A stretch of DNA of 64,000 nt from an uncultured Candidatus Rokubacteria bacterium (lineage in GTDB: Bacteria > Methylomirabilota > Methylomirabilia > Rokubacteriales > CSP1-6): contig CAVVEU010000008.1 of assembly GCA_963747235.1 (NCBI GenBank), forward strand, positions 576,001-640,000, read 5' to 3'. The position numbers and the translations under genes were made by a program. Below are positions 12,463-23,241 of this stretch, in pieces (within the stretch, counting starts at the first letter, position 1; the number at the start of each line of letters is the position of its first letter). Below the pieces are notes generated by a model, which worked only from the letters and a program-made list of their open reading frames with translations, did not search any database and had not been told where the DNA came from.

Positions 12463-13466
12463 ATGGCTTCAGGCGTGGTGGTGGCGGTGGTGGGGGCGAC
12501 GGGCGCGGTGGGGCAGACCACGCTGAAGATCCTCGAGGAGCGCAAGTTCCCGGTCCGCGAGCTGCGGGTCTACGCGTCCGCGCGCTCGGCGGGAAGACCG
12601 TCACCTTCAAGGGCGAGCCGGTGCGGGTCGAGGAAGTCGGGCCCGGCGCCTTCAAGGGCGTGGACATCGCGCTCTTCTCGGCGGGCTCCGCCCAGTCCAA
12701 GGAGTACGCGCCCCAGGCGGTGAAGGCCGGCGCGGTCGTGGTGGACAAGTCGAGCGCGTTCCGGATGGACCCGCAGGTGCCGCTGGTGGTGCCGGAGATC
12801 AATGCCCACGCGGTGCGCGGGCACCGAGGCATCGTGGCGTGCCCGAATTGCACCAGCATCGTCACCGTGATGCCGCTCAAGCCGCTCCACGACGCGGGTC
12901 GGCTCCGCCGGGTGATCGCGACCAGCTTCCAGGCGGTCTCGGGGGCCGGGGTCAACGGGGTGGACGAGCTGCGCACCCAGACGCTCGCGTGGGCCCGGGG
13001 CGAGGCGATCACCCCGAAGTTCTTCCAGCACCAGATCGCGTTCAACGTCATTCCTCACATCGACAAGTTCGGGGCCGACGGCTACACCGGCGAGGAGATG
13101 AAGCTGGTCCACGAGGTCCGCAAGATCCTCGAGCTGCCCGACCTGCCGATCTCGCCCACCACGGTGCGCGTGCCGGTCTTCACTGCCCACTCGGTGGCGG
13201 TGAACGCGGAGACCGAGGTCAAGATCGGCCGCGAGCGGGCGCGCGAGGTCTTCGCCGGGTTCCCGGGGCTCAAGCTCTGGGACGAGCCCGCCGAGAATCG
13301 GTACCCGATGCCGGTCGTGGTGGAAGGCCAGGACGACTGCTACGTTGGGCGCGTCCGCGAGGACCTGACCGTGCCGAACGGGCTCAACTTCTGGGTAGTC
13401 GGCGATCAGCTCCGGAAGGGCGCGGCCCTGAACGGCATCCAGATCGCGGAGCTCTTGATCCGCTGA
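12463..13466 (+). CDS. asd: Aspartate-semialdehyde dehydrogenase (frameshift near 12592)
   Basis: VVGATGAVG, PNCTS, DQLRKGAALN. Confidence 0.93.
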
Positions 13467-14242
13467 CCACACGCACCGTCCGGCTCACGCTCGCCTACGA
13501 GGGCACGGAGCTGCACGGCTGGCAGGTGCAGCCGGAGCTCGCGACGGTGCAGGGCCTCCTGATGGCGGCCGCGGCCCGGGTGCTGGGCGGGCCCGTGAAG
13601 ATCACCGGGGCGAGTCGCACCGACGCGGGCGTGCATGCGCTCCGACAGGTCGCCAGCCTCGCCACGTCCGCCGCGGTCACCCCCGCGGCGCTGCACCGCG
13701 CGCTGAATGCCCTGCTGCCGCCGTCGGTGCGCGTGCTCGACGTGCGCGAGGCGCCGGCCGGCTTCGACGCGCGCCGCTGGGCCCGCGGCAAGCGTTACGC
13801 CTACCTGATCGATCGCGGTCCGCAGGCCGATCCGTTCCTGCGGCGCCACGCCTGGCACGCGCCGTTCCCGCTCGACGAGCACGCGATGGCGGCCGGGCTG
13901 GCGCTCCTGCGGGGCAAGCACGACTTCAGCGCCTTCTGCGCGGCGGCCGGCCGGGATCGCACGCCGACCTGCACGATCATGTCCGCCCGGGTGGTGGCCC
14001 GGCGCGAGCGCCTGGCGATCTGCCTCTCCGCCGACAGCTTCCTGCATCACATGGTCCGCAACATCGTGGGGAGCCTGGTCGAGGTCGGGCGGGGCGCGCG
14101 GCCGCCGGGGTGGATCGCAGAGGTCGTGGACGGCCGGGACCGGAAGCGGGCCGGGCCCACCGCACCCGCCCAGGGGCTGGTCCTGGTCCGGGTCCTGTAC
14201 GGGCCGGAGGCGCGGCCCGGCGCCGCGGAAGATACCCCGTGA
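13463..14242 (+). CDS. truA: tRNA pseudouridine 38-40 synthase (start uncertain)
   Basis: YEGT-HGWQ, SRTDAGVHA, FLHHMVR, GPTAPAQGL. Confidence 0.93.
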   Translation: MTTRTVRLTLAYEGTELHGWQVQPELATVQGLLMAAAARVLGGPVKITGASRTDAGVHALRQVASLATSAAVTPAALHRALNALLPPSVRVLDVREAPAGFDARRWARGKRYAYLIDRGPQADPFLRRHAWHAPFPLDEHAMAAGLALLRGKHDFSAFCAAAGRDRTPTCTIMSARVVARRERLAICLSADSFLHHMVRNIVGSLVEVGRGARPPGWIAEVVDGRDRKRAGPTAPAQGLVLVRVLYGPEARPGAAEDTP

Positions 14243-14589
14243 CGCCCGACGATCTCCCGGAAGGCGGCCCACCGCCGGCGGAGGACGGGAAGGAGCGAAG
14301 CCGCGGCAAGGGCTTCAAGGCCCGGAAGCGTGAGGACCACGCCCTCGTGCTGATCCGGGACCTCCTGGCCTGCCTGGAGAATCCGGCGCAGGCCCGGCGC
14401 CTGCTGCTGGAGCTGAGCCGCTACTACGATCCGATCCTGGGGGGCGCCATCGTGGAGGTCCGCCACCAGCGGGAGATCATGGAGGCGATCGAGGCGGGGC
14501 GGCCGGGGGAAGCCGAGGCGCTGGTGCAGGCCCGCTATGCCCTCTATATCAAGGATCGGGCCCACCTGGGCCGCGGCGAGGAGGGCTGA
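14239..14589 (+). CDS. Small helical hypothetical protein
   Basis: GTGA overlap with the truA stop, codon usage like neighbours, no recognised motif. Confidence 0.65.
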   Translation: MTPDDLPEGGPPPAEDGKERSRGKGFKARKREDHALVLIRDLLACLENPAQARRLLLELSRYYDPILGGAIVEVRHQREIMEAIEAGRPGEAEALVQARYALYIKDRAHLGRGEEG

Positions 14590-14616
14590 GGCCCGCCCGG
14601 GCCGCCCATGATTGCC

Positions 14617-14646
14617 TTGACACTGGTCTGACCACCTGCCTAGAAT
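14617..14646 (+). promoter_or_regulatory. Sigma70 promoter of the fdh operon with a FadR-type operator TGGTCTGACCA (14624-14634) in the spacer
   Basis: TTGACA-18 bp-TAGAAT; palindrome TGGT-N3-ACCA between the boxes. Confidence 0.8.
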
Positions 14647-14696
14647 CCTCGCAACTTCACGACCCTAGACGCGGCGCAACCACAACGAGGTGTGCC

Positions 14697-17600
14697 ATGA
14701 GCCTATCGCGGCGTGATTTCCTCAAGTACGCGGGATCGACCGGCGCGGGTGTGGCCGTCGGGACCGCGGCCATCGACCTCAAGCCGGTCCAGGCGGCCGC
14801 CACGACCCTGAAGATCAAGGAAGCGAAGGTTCATCCCGGGGTCTGTCCGTACTGCGCGGTCGGCTGCATCCAGCTCATCTATTCCAAGGGCGACAAGATC
14901 ATCGATATCGAGGGGCATCCCGACACGCCCCACACGCTCGGCCGTCTCTGCCCGAAGGGCGCGGCGACCATCCAGCTCTCCAACAACCCGCTGCGCCCGA
15001 CGAAGGCGATGTACCGCGCGCCCAACTCGGACAAGTGGGAGGAGAAGCCGCTCGACTGGATGTACGAGCAGATCACCAAGCGTTACTACGACGCCCGCGA
15101 GAAGTACTTCATCGAGAAGGAGAAGAACAAGGACGGCCAGGAGGTGGTGGTCAACCGCCTCGACGCCATCGCCTCCCTCGGCTCGGCCTGCATCGACAAC
15201 GAGGAGTGCTACCTCCTCAGCAAGCTCAACCGCACCCTCGGCATCGTCTACCACGAGCATCAGGCCCGAGTCTGACACTCCGCCACGGTCCCAGCTCTGG
15301 GGACCACGTTCGGGCGGGGCGCGATGACGACGAACCTGATCGACATCCAGAACTCGGATGTCATCATGGCGACGAGCAACTTCGCGGAGAATCACCCGGT
15401 CGGCTTCCAGTGGGTGATGAAGGCCAAGGAGCGCGGGGCCAAGTTCATCCACGTGGATCCGCGCTTCACGCGCACCAGCGCGGTGGCCGACATCCACGTG
15501 CCGCTGCGGTCCGGCACCAACATCGCCTTCTTCGGCGGGCTCATCTCCTACGCGATCGCCAACAACCTTTACTTCAAGGACTACGTCGTCCACTACACCA
15601 ACGCCTCCTTCCTGATCGACCCCGCCTTCAAGACCGCCACCGACGGGGCCGGTCTCTTCACCGGGCTGGAGTCGACCGGCAAGGGCGGGGTGGATCCGCA
15701 CGTGGCCGAGACCTACAAGAAGGACACGTGGAAGTACCAGCTCGACGGCGAGGGCAATCCCAAGCGTGATCTGACCCTGCGCGATCCGAGCAGCGTGTTC
15801 CAGCTCATGAAGCGGCACTACAGCCGCTACACCCCCGAGATGGTGGAGCGGGTGTGCGGGATCCCCAAGGAGAAGTTCGTCCAGGTCGCCAAGCTGTTCT
15901 GCGAGAACAGCGGGCCGGAGAAGACGGGCTCCATCACCTACGCGCTGAACCTGACCCAGCACACCAACGGCGTCCAGAACATCCGGGCGCTCTGCATGCT
16001 GCAGACCCTGCTCGGCAACATCGGGCGCCCGGGCGGCGGCGTGGTGGCCCTGCGTGGCCACGCCAACGTCCAGGGGGCCACCGACCTCGAGCTGCTCTAC
16101 CACGAGCTGCCGGGTTACCTCCCGATGCCGCTGCGCGACGCCCACCCCGACCTCAAGACCTGGCTCGACAAGGAGACGCCGAAGGGCGGCTTCTGGGTGA
16201 ACCGGCCCAAGTTCATGGTGAGCCTGCTCAAGGCCTGGTTCGGCGACAAGGCGACCGCGGAGAACGAGTACGGCTACCAGTGGCTACCCAAGCGGGCCTC
16301 CGCCGACGCCTACAGCCACCAGCACATGTTCGTGGACATGTACAAGGGCACCATCAAGGGGTTCCTCGCCGACGGGCAGAACCCGGCGGTGGGCGGGCCC
16401 AACGCCAAGCTGGCGCGCGCCGCGCTCGGCAAGCTCGAGTGGCTGGTGGTGAAGGACATCTTCCTCACCGAGACCGCGGAGTTCTGGAAGGCTCCCGGGA
16501 TCTCGGCCAAGGACGTCAAGACCGAGGTGTTCTTCCTGCCCGCCGCGCCGGCCGCCGAGAAGGACGGCTCGCTCACCAACACGATGCGGCTGATCCAGTG
16601 GCACGAGAAGGCGGTCAACCCGCCCGGCGACGTGACGTCGGACGCGGAGTTCTTCGTGAGTCTCGCCAAGCGGCTCCAGAAGCTGTATGCCGGCTCGAAG
16701 AAGGAGCGTGACCAGGGCTTCCTGGCGGCCAGCTTCGAGTACGGGGACAACCCCAAAGAGCCGAACATGGAGCTGGTCCTCAAGGAGATCAACGGGTACG
16801 CGACCCAGGAGATCACCGACAAGGACGGCAAGGTCGTCTACAAGAAGGGCCAGGCGCTGAACACCTTCGCCCACATGACCGACGACGGCAAGACCGCCGG
16901 CGGCTGCTGGATCTACACCGGCGTCACGGTGGAAGGTCCCGACGGCAAGCTGATCAACAAGTCGAACCTGCGCAAGCCCGCCGACGACAAGGACTACCTG
17001 GCGCACGGCTGGGGGTTCGCGTGGCCGGCCAACCGGCGGATCCTCTACAACCGCGCGTCCGCCGATCTGCAGGGCAAGCCCTGGAGCGAGAAGAAGAAGC
17101 TGATCTGGTGGGACCCGGAGGCGCCCGGGCAGGAGCCGGAGAAGAAGGGCAAGTGGGTCGGCCTCGACGTGCCCGACTTCAACGCGTTCCTGGCCCCCGA
17201 CGCCAAGAACGGCGACAAGCCCTTCATCATGCGCGCCGACCTGGTCGCCGCCTTCTTCGGGCCGCTCAACGACGGTCCGTTCCCGGAGCACTACGAGCCG
17301 GTGGAGTCGCCCACCAAGAACCTCCTGTCCAAGCAGCAGATGAACCCGGTGGCCAAGATCTGGACCGTGCCGGACCAGAAGAACGACCTGGCCCCGGTGG
17401 GCTCGCCCGACTATCCCTACGTGGTCACCACCTACCGCCTCACCGAGCATCACCTCTCGGGGGTCATGTCGCGCTACCTCCCCATGCTCGCCGAGCTGTT
17501 CCACTCCCACTTCGCGGAGATCAGCCACGAGCTGGCCGCCGAGCTCGCCATCACGAACGGCGAGCGCATCACGGTCAGCACGCCGCGGGGCAAGGTCCAC

Positions 17601-17807
17601 GTGACCGCGATGGTCACCCATCGCCTGAAGCCGTTCATGATCGACGGCAAGAAGACCCACCAGATCGGCATCCCGTGGCACTGGGGCTACAACGGCATCT
17701 CCAAGGGCGACATCACCAACGATCTCTCCGCGACGGTGGGAGACCCCACGGTCTACATCCAGGAGACCAAGGCCTTCCTCTGCAACGTGAAGAAGGGGGA
17801 GGTGTAG
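14697..17807 (+). CDS. fdnG: Formate dehydrogenase alpha subunit, selenocysteine-containing, Tat-exported (1036 aa)
   Basis: SRRDFLK Tat motif, CPYCAVGC Fe-S motif, in-frame TGA 15273-15275 in HQARV-U-HS active site, LRGHANVQG. Confidence 0.94.
15273..15305 (+). promoter_or_regulatory. Sec UGA codon plus bacterial SECIS hairpin
   Basis: Stem GGTCCC(AG)...(CT)GGGGACC begins 11 nt after the UGA, the canonical bacterial spacing. Confidence 0.82.
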
Positions 17808-17809
17808 CC

Positions 17810-18589
17810 ATGGCCCGCACCCTCGCGATGTTCACGGACACGTCGCTCTGCATCGGCTGCCGCGCCTGCCAGGTGGCGTGCAAGCAGTGGAACGAGCTGC
17901 CGATGGAGGAGCCCGAGTGGACCGGCGGCTACCAGAACCACGCCCACTTCACCGACAAGACCTATCGCCTGGTGCGCTTCATCGAGAAGCCGCAGGCCAA
18001 CGGCGAGCTACAGTGGCTCCTGATGTCGGACGTCTGCAAGCACTGCGCGCAGGCGGGATGCCTCCAGGCCTGCCCCACCGGGGCGATCTACCGGACCGAG
18101 CACGGCACCGTCAACATCAACCAGGACGTCTGCAACGGCTGCCGGTACTGCGTCAGCTCGTGCCCGTTCGGGGTGGTGGCCTTCAACCACGACACCGGGC
18201 GCGCCAACAAGTGCACCTTCTGCAACGACCGCATCCACAATGGGCTCGGGCCGGCCTGCGCCAAGGCGTGCCCCACCGAATCCATCCAGTTCGGCTTCCG
18301 CGACGAGCTGGCCGCGAAGGCCGAGAAGCGCGTGGCCAAGCTCAAGGAGATGGGCTACACCGGCGCCCAGCTCTACGGCGTGGATAGCAACGGGCCCCTC
18401 GGCGGGCTCAACGCGTTCTTCCTCCTGCTGGACAAGCCGTCCACCTACAACCTGCCCGAGAAGCCGCTGCTGCCGCAGCGCAATGTCCTGGTGGACTCGG
18501 TGCTGTCGGTGGGCGCCGCGCTCCTGGTCGGCGTGACCGCGGTCGTGGCGTTCCGCGAGCGAGGCGGGAAGGGGGCCGGCGATGCTTAA
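17810..18589 (+). CDS. fdnH: Formate dehydrogenase beta subunit (4x Fe-S, C-terminal TM helix)
   Basis: CIGCRACQVAC, CKHC...C...CP, CNGCRYCVSSCP, CTFC...CAKAC. Confidence 0.9.
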   Translation: MARTLAMFTDTSLCIGCRACQVACKQWNELPMEEPEWTGGYQNHAHFTDKTYRLVRFIEKPQANGELQWLLMSDVCKHCAQAGCLQACPTGAIYRTEHGTVNINQDVCNGCRYCVSSCPFGVVAFNHDTGRANKCTFCNDRIHNGLGPACAKACPTESIQFGFRDELAAKAEKRVAKLKEMGYTGAQLYGVDSNGPLGGLNAFFLLLDKPSTYNLPEKPLLPQRNVLVDSVLSVGAALLVGVTAVVAFRERGGKGAGDA

Positions 18590-19401
18590 GAGCCCCGACT
18601 GGCACCTGCTGATCGTCTGGTACTTCTTCCTCGGCGGTATCGCGGGCGGCGCCTACTTCACGGCGGCCATCGCCGACAACTTCGGCAGCTCCCGGGATCG
18701 CGGCGTGGTGCGCACCGGCTACATCCTCGCGCTGCTGATGATCGGCGTGTGCGGCATCCTCCTGATCCTCGATCTGGGGACGCCCAGCCGCTTCCTCAAC
18801 ATGATGATGCACTTCAAGTTCTGGGACCCGATGTCCATCGGGGCCTGGATGCTGGGGGTCTTCGGCGCCTTCGCCTTCGTGTCCTCGGCCCTGTCGCTCT
18901 CCGCCGACGAGCGGCGGGCCGCCCTGCGGCGGAAGGTCAGCCTGGTGGGCACCATCTTCGGCTTCTTCCTCGCGAGCTACACCGGCGTGCTGCTGAGCGC
19001 CACCGCGCTCCCGTTCTGGAGCGACGCCCGTCTCATGGGGGCGCTCTTCCTGGCCTCGGGCGCGTCCACCGGCATGGCCGCGATCTCGCTGCTGCTCTAC
19101 CTGAGCGGCGACTCGGCGGGGGAGGGGTTCAAGAAGATCAAGCGGGCGGACCGCTTCGCCATCGTGTTCGAGATGGCGGTGCTGGTCCTGTTCCTCATCC
19201 TCCTGGGATCGGCCGGCGCGCCGCTGACCTCCGGACCGCTGGCCCCGCTGTTCTGGGGCGGCCTGGTCGTGGCCGGGCTCGTCATCCCCCTGCTGCTCGA
19301 CGTGCTGGGAGGCGCGGTGGGTGCCCGCGGTGATCCCGGCGGTGCTGGTGCTGGTCGGCGGCTTCATCCTGCGCTACGTCGTGGTGATGACGCACGCCTG
19401 A
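18582..19401 (+). CDS. NrfD/PsrC-type quinone-interacting membrane anchor (frameshift near 19310)
   Basis: YFFLGGIAGG, LDLGTPSRF, SYTGVLL; shifted frame ends GGFILRYVVVMTHA*. Confidence 0.85.
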
Positions 19402-19425
19402 GGCCACTCCGGGTCCGGTCCGCAC

Positions 19426-19449
19426 AAGGGGCCCCGAGCGGGGCCCCTT
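19426..19449. terminator. Perfect 10-bp hairpin after the FDH structural genes
   Basis: AAGGGGCCCC-GAGC-GGGGCCCCTT; a TATACT -10-like box follows at 19454-19459. Confidence 0.6.
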
Positions 19450-19479
19450 CCCTTATACTGAGGCCGGCAGCCACCAGAC

Positions 19480-20229
19480 ATGCGGACCTACTTCCACGTC
19501 AAGGGCGGCCGGCTCGAAGAAGTCAAGGGCGAGGTCGTCCGGGAACAGCCGTTGACGGTCTACGTCAACGAGGAGCGATTTCTCACGTTGCTCTGCTCCC
19601 CCTTCCAGCTCGACGCGCTGGTGGTCGGCTATCTCTGGATGGAGAAGGTCGTGGAGGATCCGGCCGAGATCACCCGGCTCGAGATCTCCGAGGTGGACGG
19701 GCGCGCCGACGTCACGCTCTCGCATCCGGTGACGCTGCCCACCGAGCGCATTCTCACCTCGGGCTGCGGCGGCGGCATCACCTTCCGCATCGACCCGCGC
19801 CTCTTCCCCCGGCTGCACTCCTCGCTGCGGGTGACGCCGTCGCAGCTCGCGGGGCGGATCAAGGACCTCTACGGCCAGGCCGAGCGTTACCAGGTCTCGC
19901 GCGGCATCCACGGCGCGGCGCTGGCCGACGGCGAGCGGATCCTGGTGATGGCGGAGGACGTGGGGCGCCACAACGCGGTGGACAAGGTAAAGGGCGAGGC
20001 CCTGCTCAAGGGCATCGCGACGGTGGATCGCATCCTGCTCTCCACCGGACGGGTGTCGTCGGAGATGCTGCTCAAGGCCGCGCGCATGGGCGTGCCGGTG
20101 GTCGCCTCGCGGACGTCGCCGACCGAGATGGCGGTGGGGCTCGCCGAGCAGCTCGGGATCACCGTGATCGGTTACCTGCGGCCGGACGGCCTCAATCTCT
20201 ACGCGGGCGACGCGCTCGTCGCCGACTGA
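19480..20229 (+). CDS. fdhD: Formate dehydrogenase sulfurtransferase
   Basis: TSGCG, EDVGRHNAVDK, STGRVSSEM. Confidence 0.93.
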   Translation: MRTYFHVKGGRLEEVKGEVVREQPLTVYVNEERFLTLLCSPFQLDALVVGYLWMEKVVEDPAEITRLEISEVDGRADVTLSHPVTLPTERILTSGCGGGITFRIDPRLFPRLHSSLRVTPSQLAGRIKDLYGQAERYQVSRGIHGAALADGERILVMAEDVGRHNAVDKVKGEALLKGIATVDRILLSTGRVSSEMLLKAARMGVPVVASRTSPTEMAVGLAEQLGITVIGYLRPDGLNLYAGDALVAD

Positions 20230-20234
20230 CGCCC

Positions 20235-21128
20235 ATGCCCGACTATGCCGCGCTCATGGCCGACTGGGAGGCGCTGCTCGCCCGGCGCTCCGCCCTGGCG
20301 GAGCCGCTCCGCTTCTGGACCGCCATCCTCGAGGGCTGGGTGGCCTGGAAGCCGCCGGCCACGCTGATGCCGCTGGTCCTGTCGCCGGAGGACTGCCGGC
20401 AGCGCTGGCAGGCCGGCCGCTCCCTGCTGGCCGACGCCGCCCTGGAGATTCCCGCCGCCTCGGTGGAGGATCTCCTCGGCCCCGTGATGGAGCGGCTGGC
20501 CGCCGACGGTCCCGAAGCCGCGGCCGCCCTGCGCCGGTTCGCGGAGGCGTGGGACGAGGGACAGGCGGACCCGGCGGCTCTGCTGCCCTCGCTGGATGGC
20601 GACCCGACGACGACGCTCCAGGAGCGCTTCGGGCTCGGCTCGCACCTGGGCGCGTTCCTGCCGGTGGCGGCGCTGCGTCCCGCGCTCGAGACGTACTTCG
20701 AGGGCGTGCGCGAGCTGCCGGACGGCGTGTGGACGCGCGGCGGCTGCCCGTGGTGCGGGGGCGCGCCGTCGTACGGCGATCTCGTCGAGGACGGCCGCCG
20801 CCGGCTCTCCTGCCACGTGTGCGGCGGGGCCTGGATCGCGGCCCGGCTCCGGTGTCCGTTCTGCGAGAGCTGGAATTCGAAGGACCTCGTCCGGCTCGTG
20901 GCCGAGGAGCTCGACGAGGGCTACTTCATCGAGGCCTGCCGCGCCTGCCAGGGGTATCTCAAGGGGGTGGATCGCCGCCAGCGGTGGAACGCGGGCGGGC
21001 CGCTCGTGGAGGACTGGGGGTCGCCGCACCTCGACCTCTACGCGGCCCGCGAGGGTTACTGGCGCTCCACGCCATCCCTCGCGCACCTGCTGCCGCCCGA
21101 GGGGCCCCAGGGGGAGATCCGCGCGTGA
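20235..21128 (+). CDS. fdhE: Formate dehydrogenase maturation protein
   Basis: CPWCG, CHVC, CPFC, CRAC..YLK motifs. Confidence 0.9.
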   Translation: MPDYAALMADWEALLARRSALAEPLRFWTAILEGWVAWKPPATLMPLVLSPEDCRQRWQAGRSLLADAALEIPAASVEDLLGPVMERLAADGPEAAAALRRFAEAWDEGQADPAALLPSLDGDPTTTLQERFGLGSHLGAFLPVAALRPALETYFEGVRELPDGVWTRGGCPWCGGAPSYGDLVEDGRRRLSCHVCGGAWIAARLRCPFCESWNSKDLVRLVAEELDEGYFIEACRACQGYLKGVDRRQRWNAGGPLVEDWGSPHLDLYAAREGYWRSTPSLAHLLPPEGPQGEIRA

Positions 21129-21931
21129 ACGCGGTGCTCTACGACGTGGCGCTGACCGCCTACATCCTCGCCGCGGCGGCGGCGATCGGCTCGCTCTTCG
21201 GCCGCCGCGACCAGCTCGCGTGGATCGCCCTGCTGCTGACCCAGGCGGGCTGGATCTGCCATACCGCGGCGGTGATCGCCCGGGGCATCGAGCTGGGCCG
21301 CCTGCCGTTCATGACCATGCCGGAGGTGATCTCGCTCGTGATCTGGGCCGCGGTCCTGCTCGACTTCTGGATCGAGCGCCGTCACCGGATCCGACCGCTC
21401 AGCGCCTTCGTGCTCCCGGTGATCCTGGCCCTCGGGCTGGGGCTGCCCACCGGGCTGCGATCGATCGCGCTGGAGACGCCGGTGAAGAGCGGCTGGATCG
21501 TGGTGCACGTGGCGCTGGTGCTGGTGGGCCTCGCCGCGCTCGTGCTGAACTTCGGCATCGCGCTGATGTATCTCCTCCGCGAGCGGCAGCTCAAGCACAA
21601 GCGCACCGGCACGTTCTACCGCCGCCTGCCCCCGCTCGAGACGCTCGACCGGCTCGCGGTGGGCACGCTCACCATCGGGTTTCCCTTCCTCACCGTGGGG
21701 CTGGCCCTGGGCGTGCTCTCCGCCCCCGCCGCGTGGGGGAGCCTGCTCACGTTCGATCCGCTCGCGCTCTTCTCGCTGGTGATGTGGGTGATCTACGCGG
21801 CCACCCTGCTCGGCCGCGTGATGGGACAGTGGGGCGGCCGCCGCGCCGCCTACTACGCCATCGCCGGCTTCTGCGTGCTGCTGGCCACGCTGAGCGCGGG
21901 TGTCTTCCTCCACGGCCGGCACGGGTCCTGA
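21125..21931 (+). CDS. CcsA/HemX-like cytochrome c assembly family membrane protein
   Basis: 8-TM protein, LPPLETLDRL and GFPFLT motifs, directly before hemA. Confidence 0.85.
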   Translation: MNAVLYDVALTAYILAAAAAIGSLFGRRDQLAWIALLLTQAGWICHTAAVIARGIELGRLPFMTMPEVISLVIWAAVLLDFWIERRHRIRPLSAFVLPVILALGLGLPTGLRSIALETPVKSGWIVVHVALVLVGLAALVLNFGIALMYLLRERQLKHKRTGTFYRRLPPLETLDRLAVGTLTIGFPFLTVGLALGVLSAPAAWGSLLTFDPLALFSLVMWVIYAATLLGRVMGQWGGRRAAYYAIAGFCVLLATLSAGVFLHGRHGS

Positions 21932-21939
21932 CGGATCGC

Positions 21940-23241
21940 ATGGCCCCGGGGAGCGTCCTCTTCGTCGCGAGCCTGAACCACCGGACCGCGCCGGTGGCGG
22001 TGCGCGAGCAGCTCGCGCTCGAGGAGGAGAAGATCCGCGAGATCCTCGCGGATCTCACCGGCCGCGGGCTCCTCGACGAGGTCATGATCATCTCCACCTG
22101 CAACCGGGTCGAGGTCTACGGGGTGGCCGCGGTGCCCGGCGAGGCGCGCACCGCCGCGTTCGGGCGGCTCGGCAGCCACCGAGGGCTCCTGTGGCGCGAT
22201 CTCGAGCCGCTCGTCTACACCGCCACCGGCGACGAGGCGGCGCTCCACGCGTTCCGCGTGGCGGCCAGCCTGGACTCCATGATCCTGGGCGAGCCCCAGA
22301 TCCTGGGCCAGGTGAAGGACGCCTTCGCCCTCGCCCAGTCGGCGGGCACCGCGGGGCCGGTGCTCCACGCCCTCATGAGCCAGGCGTTCGGCGCGGCCAA
22401 GCGCGTGCGCACCGAGACCGAGGTCGGGCGGCTGGCGGTCTCGGTCTCCTACGCGGCGGTCGAGCTGGCGCGCAAGATCTTCGACGGGCTCGAGGGCAAG
22501 GCGGTGCTGCTGGTCGGCGCGGGGGAGATGAGCGAGCTGGCCGCCCGGCACCTGGTGGACCACGGCGCGCTTCCGCTGTACGTGACCAACCGGACGTGGG
22601 GCCGCGCCCAGGAGCTGGCCCGCGGGCTGGGCGGGACCGCGGTCCCGTTCGACCAGCTCGCGGCCACTCTCGCCCTGGTGGACATCGTGGTCACCTCGAC
22701 CGCCGCCCCCGAGCCCATCGTCACCGCGGCCCAGGTGCGGGCCGCGCTCGAGAAGCGCCGGACGCGTCCGCTCTTCTTCATCGACATCGCGGTGCCGCGC
22801 AACGTGGAGCCCGCGGTGAACGATGTCGAGAACGCCTTCTGCTACGACATCGACGACCTGCGCTCGGTGGTCGAGGCGAACCTCAAGGAGCGGCAGCGCG
22901 AGGCCCTGCGCGCGCAGGCCCTGCTCGAGGGCGAGGTGGTGAAGTTCGCCGGGCGCCTGCAGCAGCTCGAGGTGGTGCCCACCATCGTGTCGCTGCGGGA
23001 GAAGCTCGAGGCCATCCGTCGCGCCGAGCTGGAGCGGGCGCTCGGGCGCCTGCCCGGCGCGGGCGAGGAGACGCGGCGGGTGATGGAAGCGCTGAGCCAG
23101 GCGATCGTGAACAAGGTGCTGCACGCGCCGATGGTCAAGCTGAAGGACTCCTCGCGCGCCGGCCACGCCCGGCGCTGGACCGAGATGATCTCCGAGCTGT
23201 TCGGGCTGCGCGGCCCCGGCCGGCCCGACTCGCGCGAATGA
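21940..23241 (+). CDS. hemA: Glutamyl-tRNA reductase
   Basis: STCNRVE, SLDSMILGEPQILGQ, GAGEM, DIAVPRN. Confidence 0.96.
   Translation: MAPGSVLFVASLNHRTAPVAVREQLALEEEKIREILADLTGRGLLDEVMIISTCNRVEVYGVAAVPGEARTAAFGRLGSHRGLLWRDLEPLVYTATGDEAALHAFRVAASLDSMILGEPQILGQVKDAFALAQSAGTAGPVLHALMSQAFGAAKRVRTETEVGRLAVSVSYAAVELARKIFDGLEGKAVLLVGAGEMSELAARHLVDHGALPLYVTNRTWGRAQELARGLGGTAVPFDQLAATLALVDIVVTSTAAPEPIVTAAQVRAALEKRRTRPLFFIDIAVPRNVEPAVNDVENAFCYDIDDLRSVVEANLKERQREALRAQALLEGEVVKFAGRLQQLEVVPTIVSLREKLEAIRRAELERALGRLPGAGEETRRVMEALSQAIVNKVLHAPMVKLKDSSRAGHARRWTEMISELFGLRGPGRPDSRE

Noticed and set aside
14697-15275. FDH alpha as a pseudogene or split gene
   Set aside because: The TGA is at the Sec position and is followed by a SECIS hairpin
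18582-21128. Apparent NrfD-FdhE fusion
   Set aside because: Frameshift near 19310; the true stop is at 19401 and fdhD lies between them
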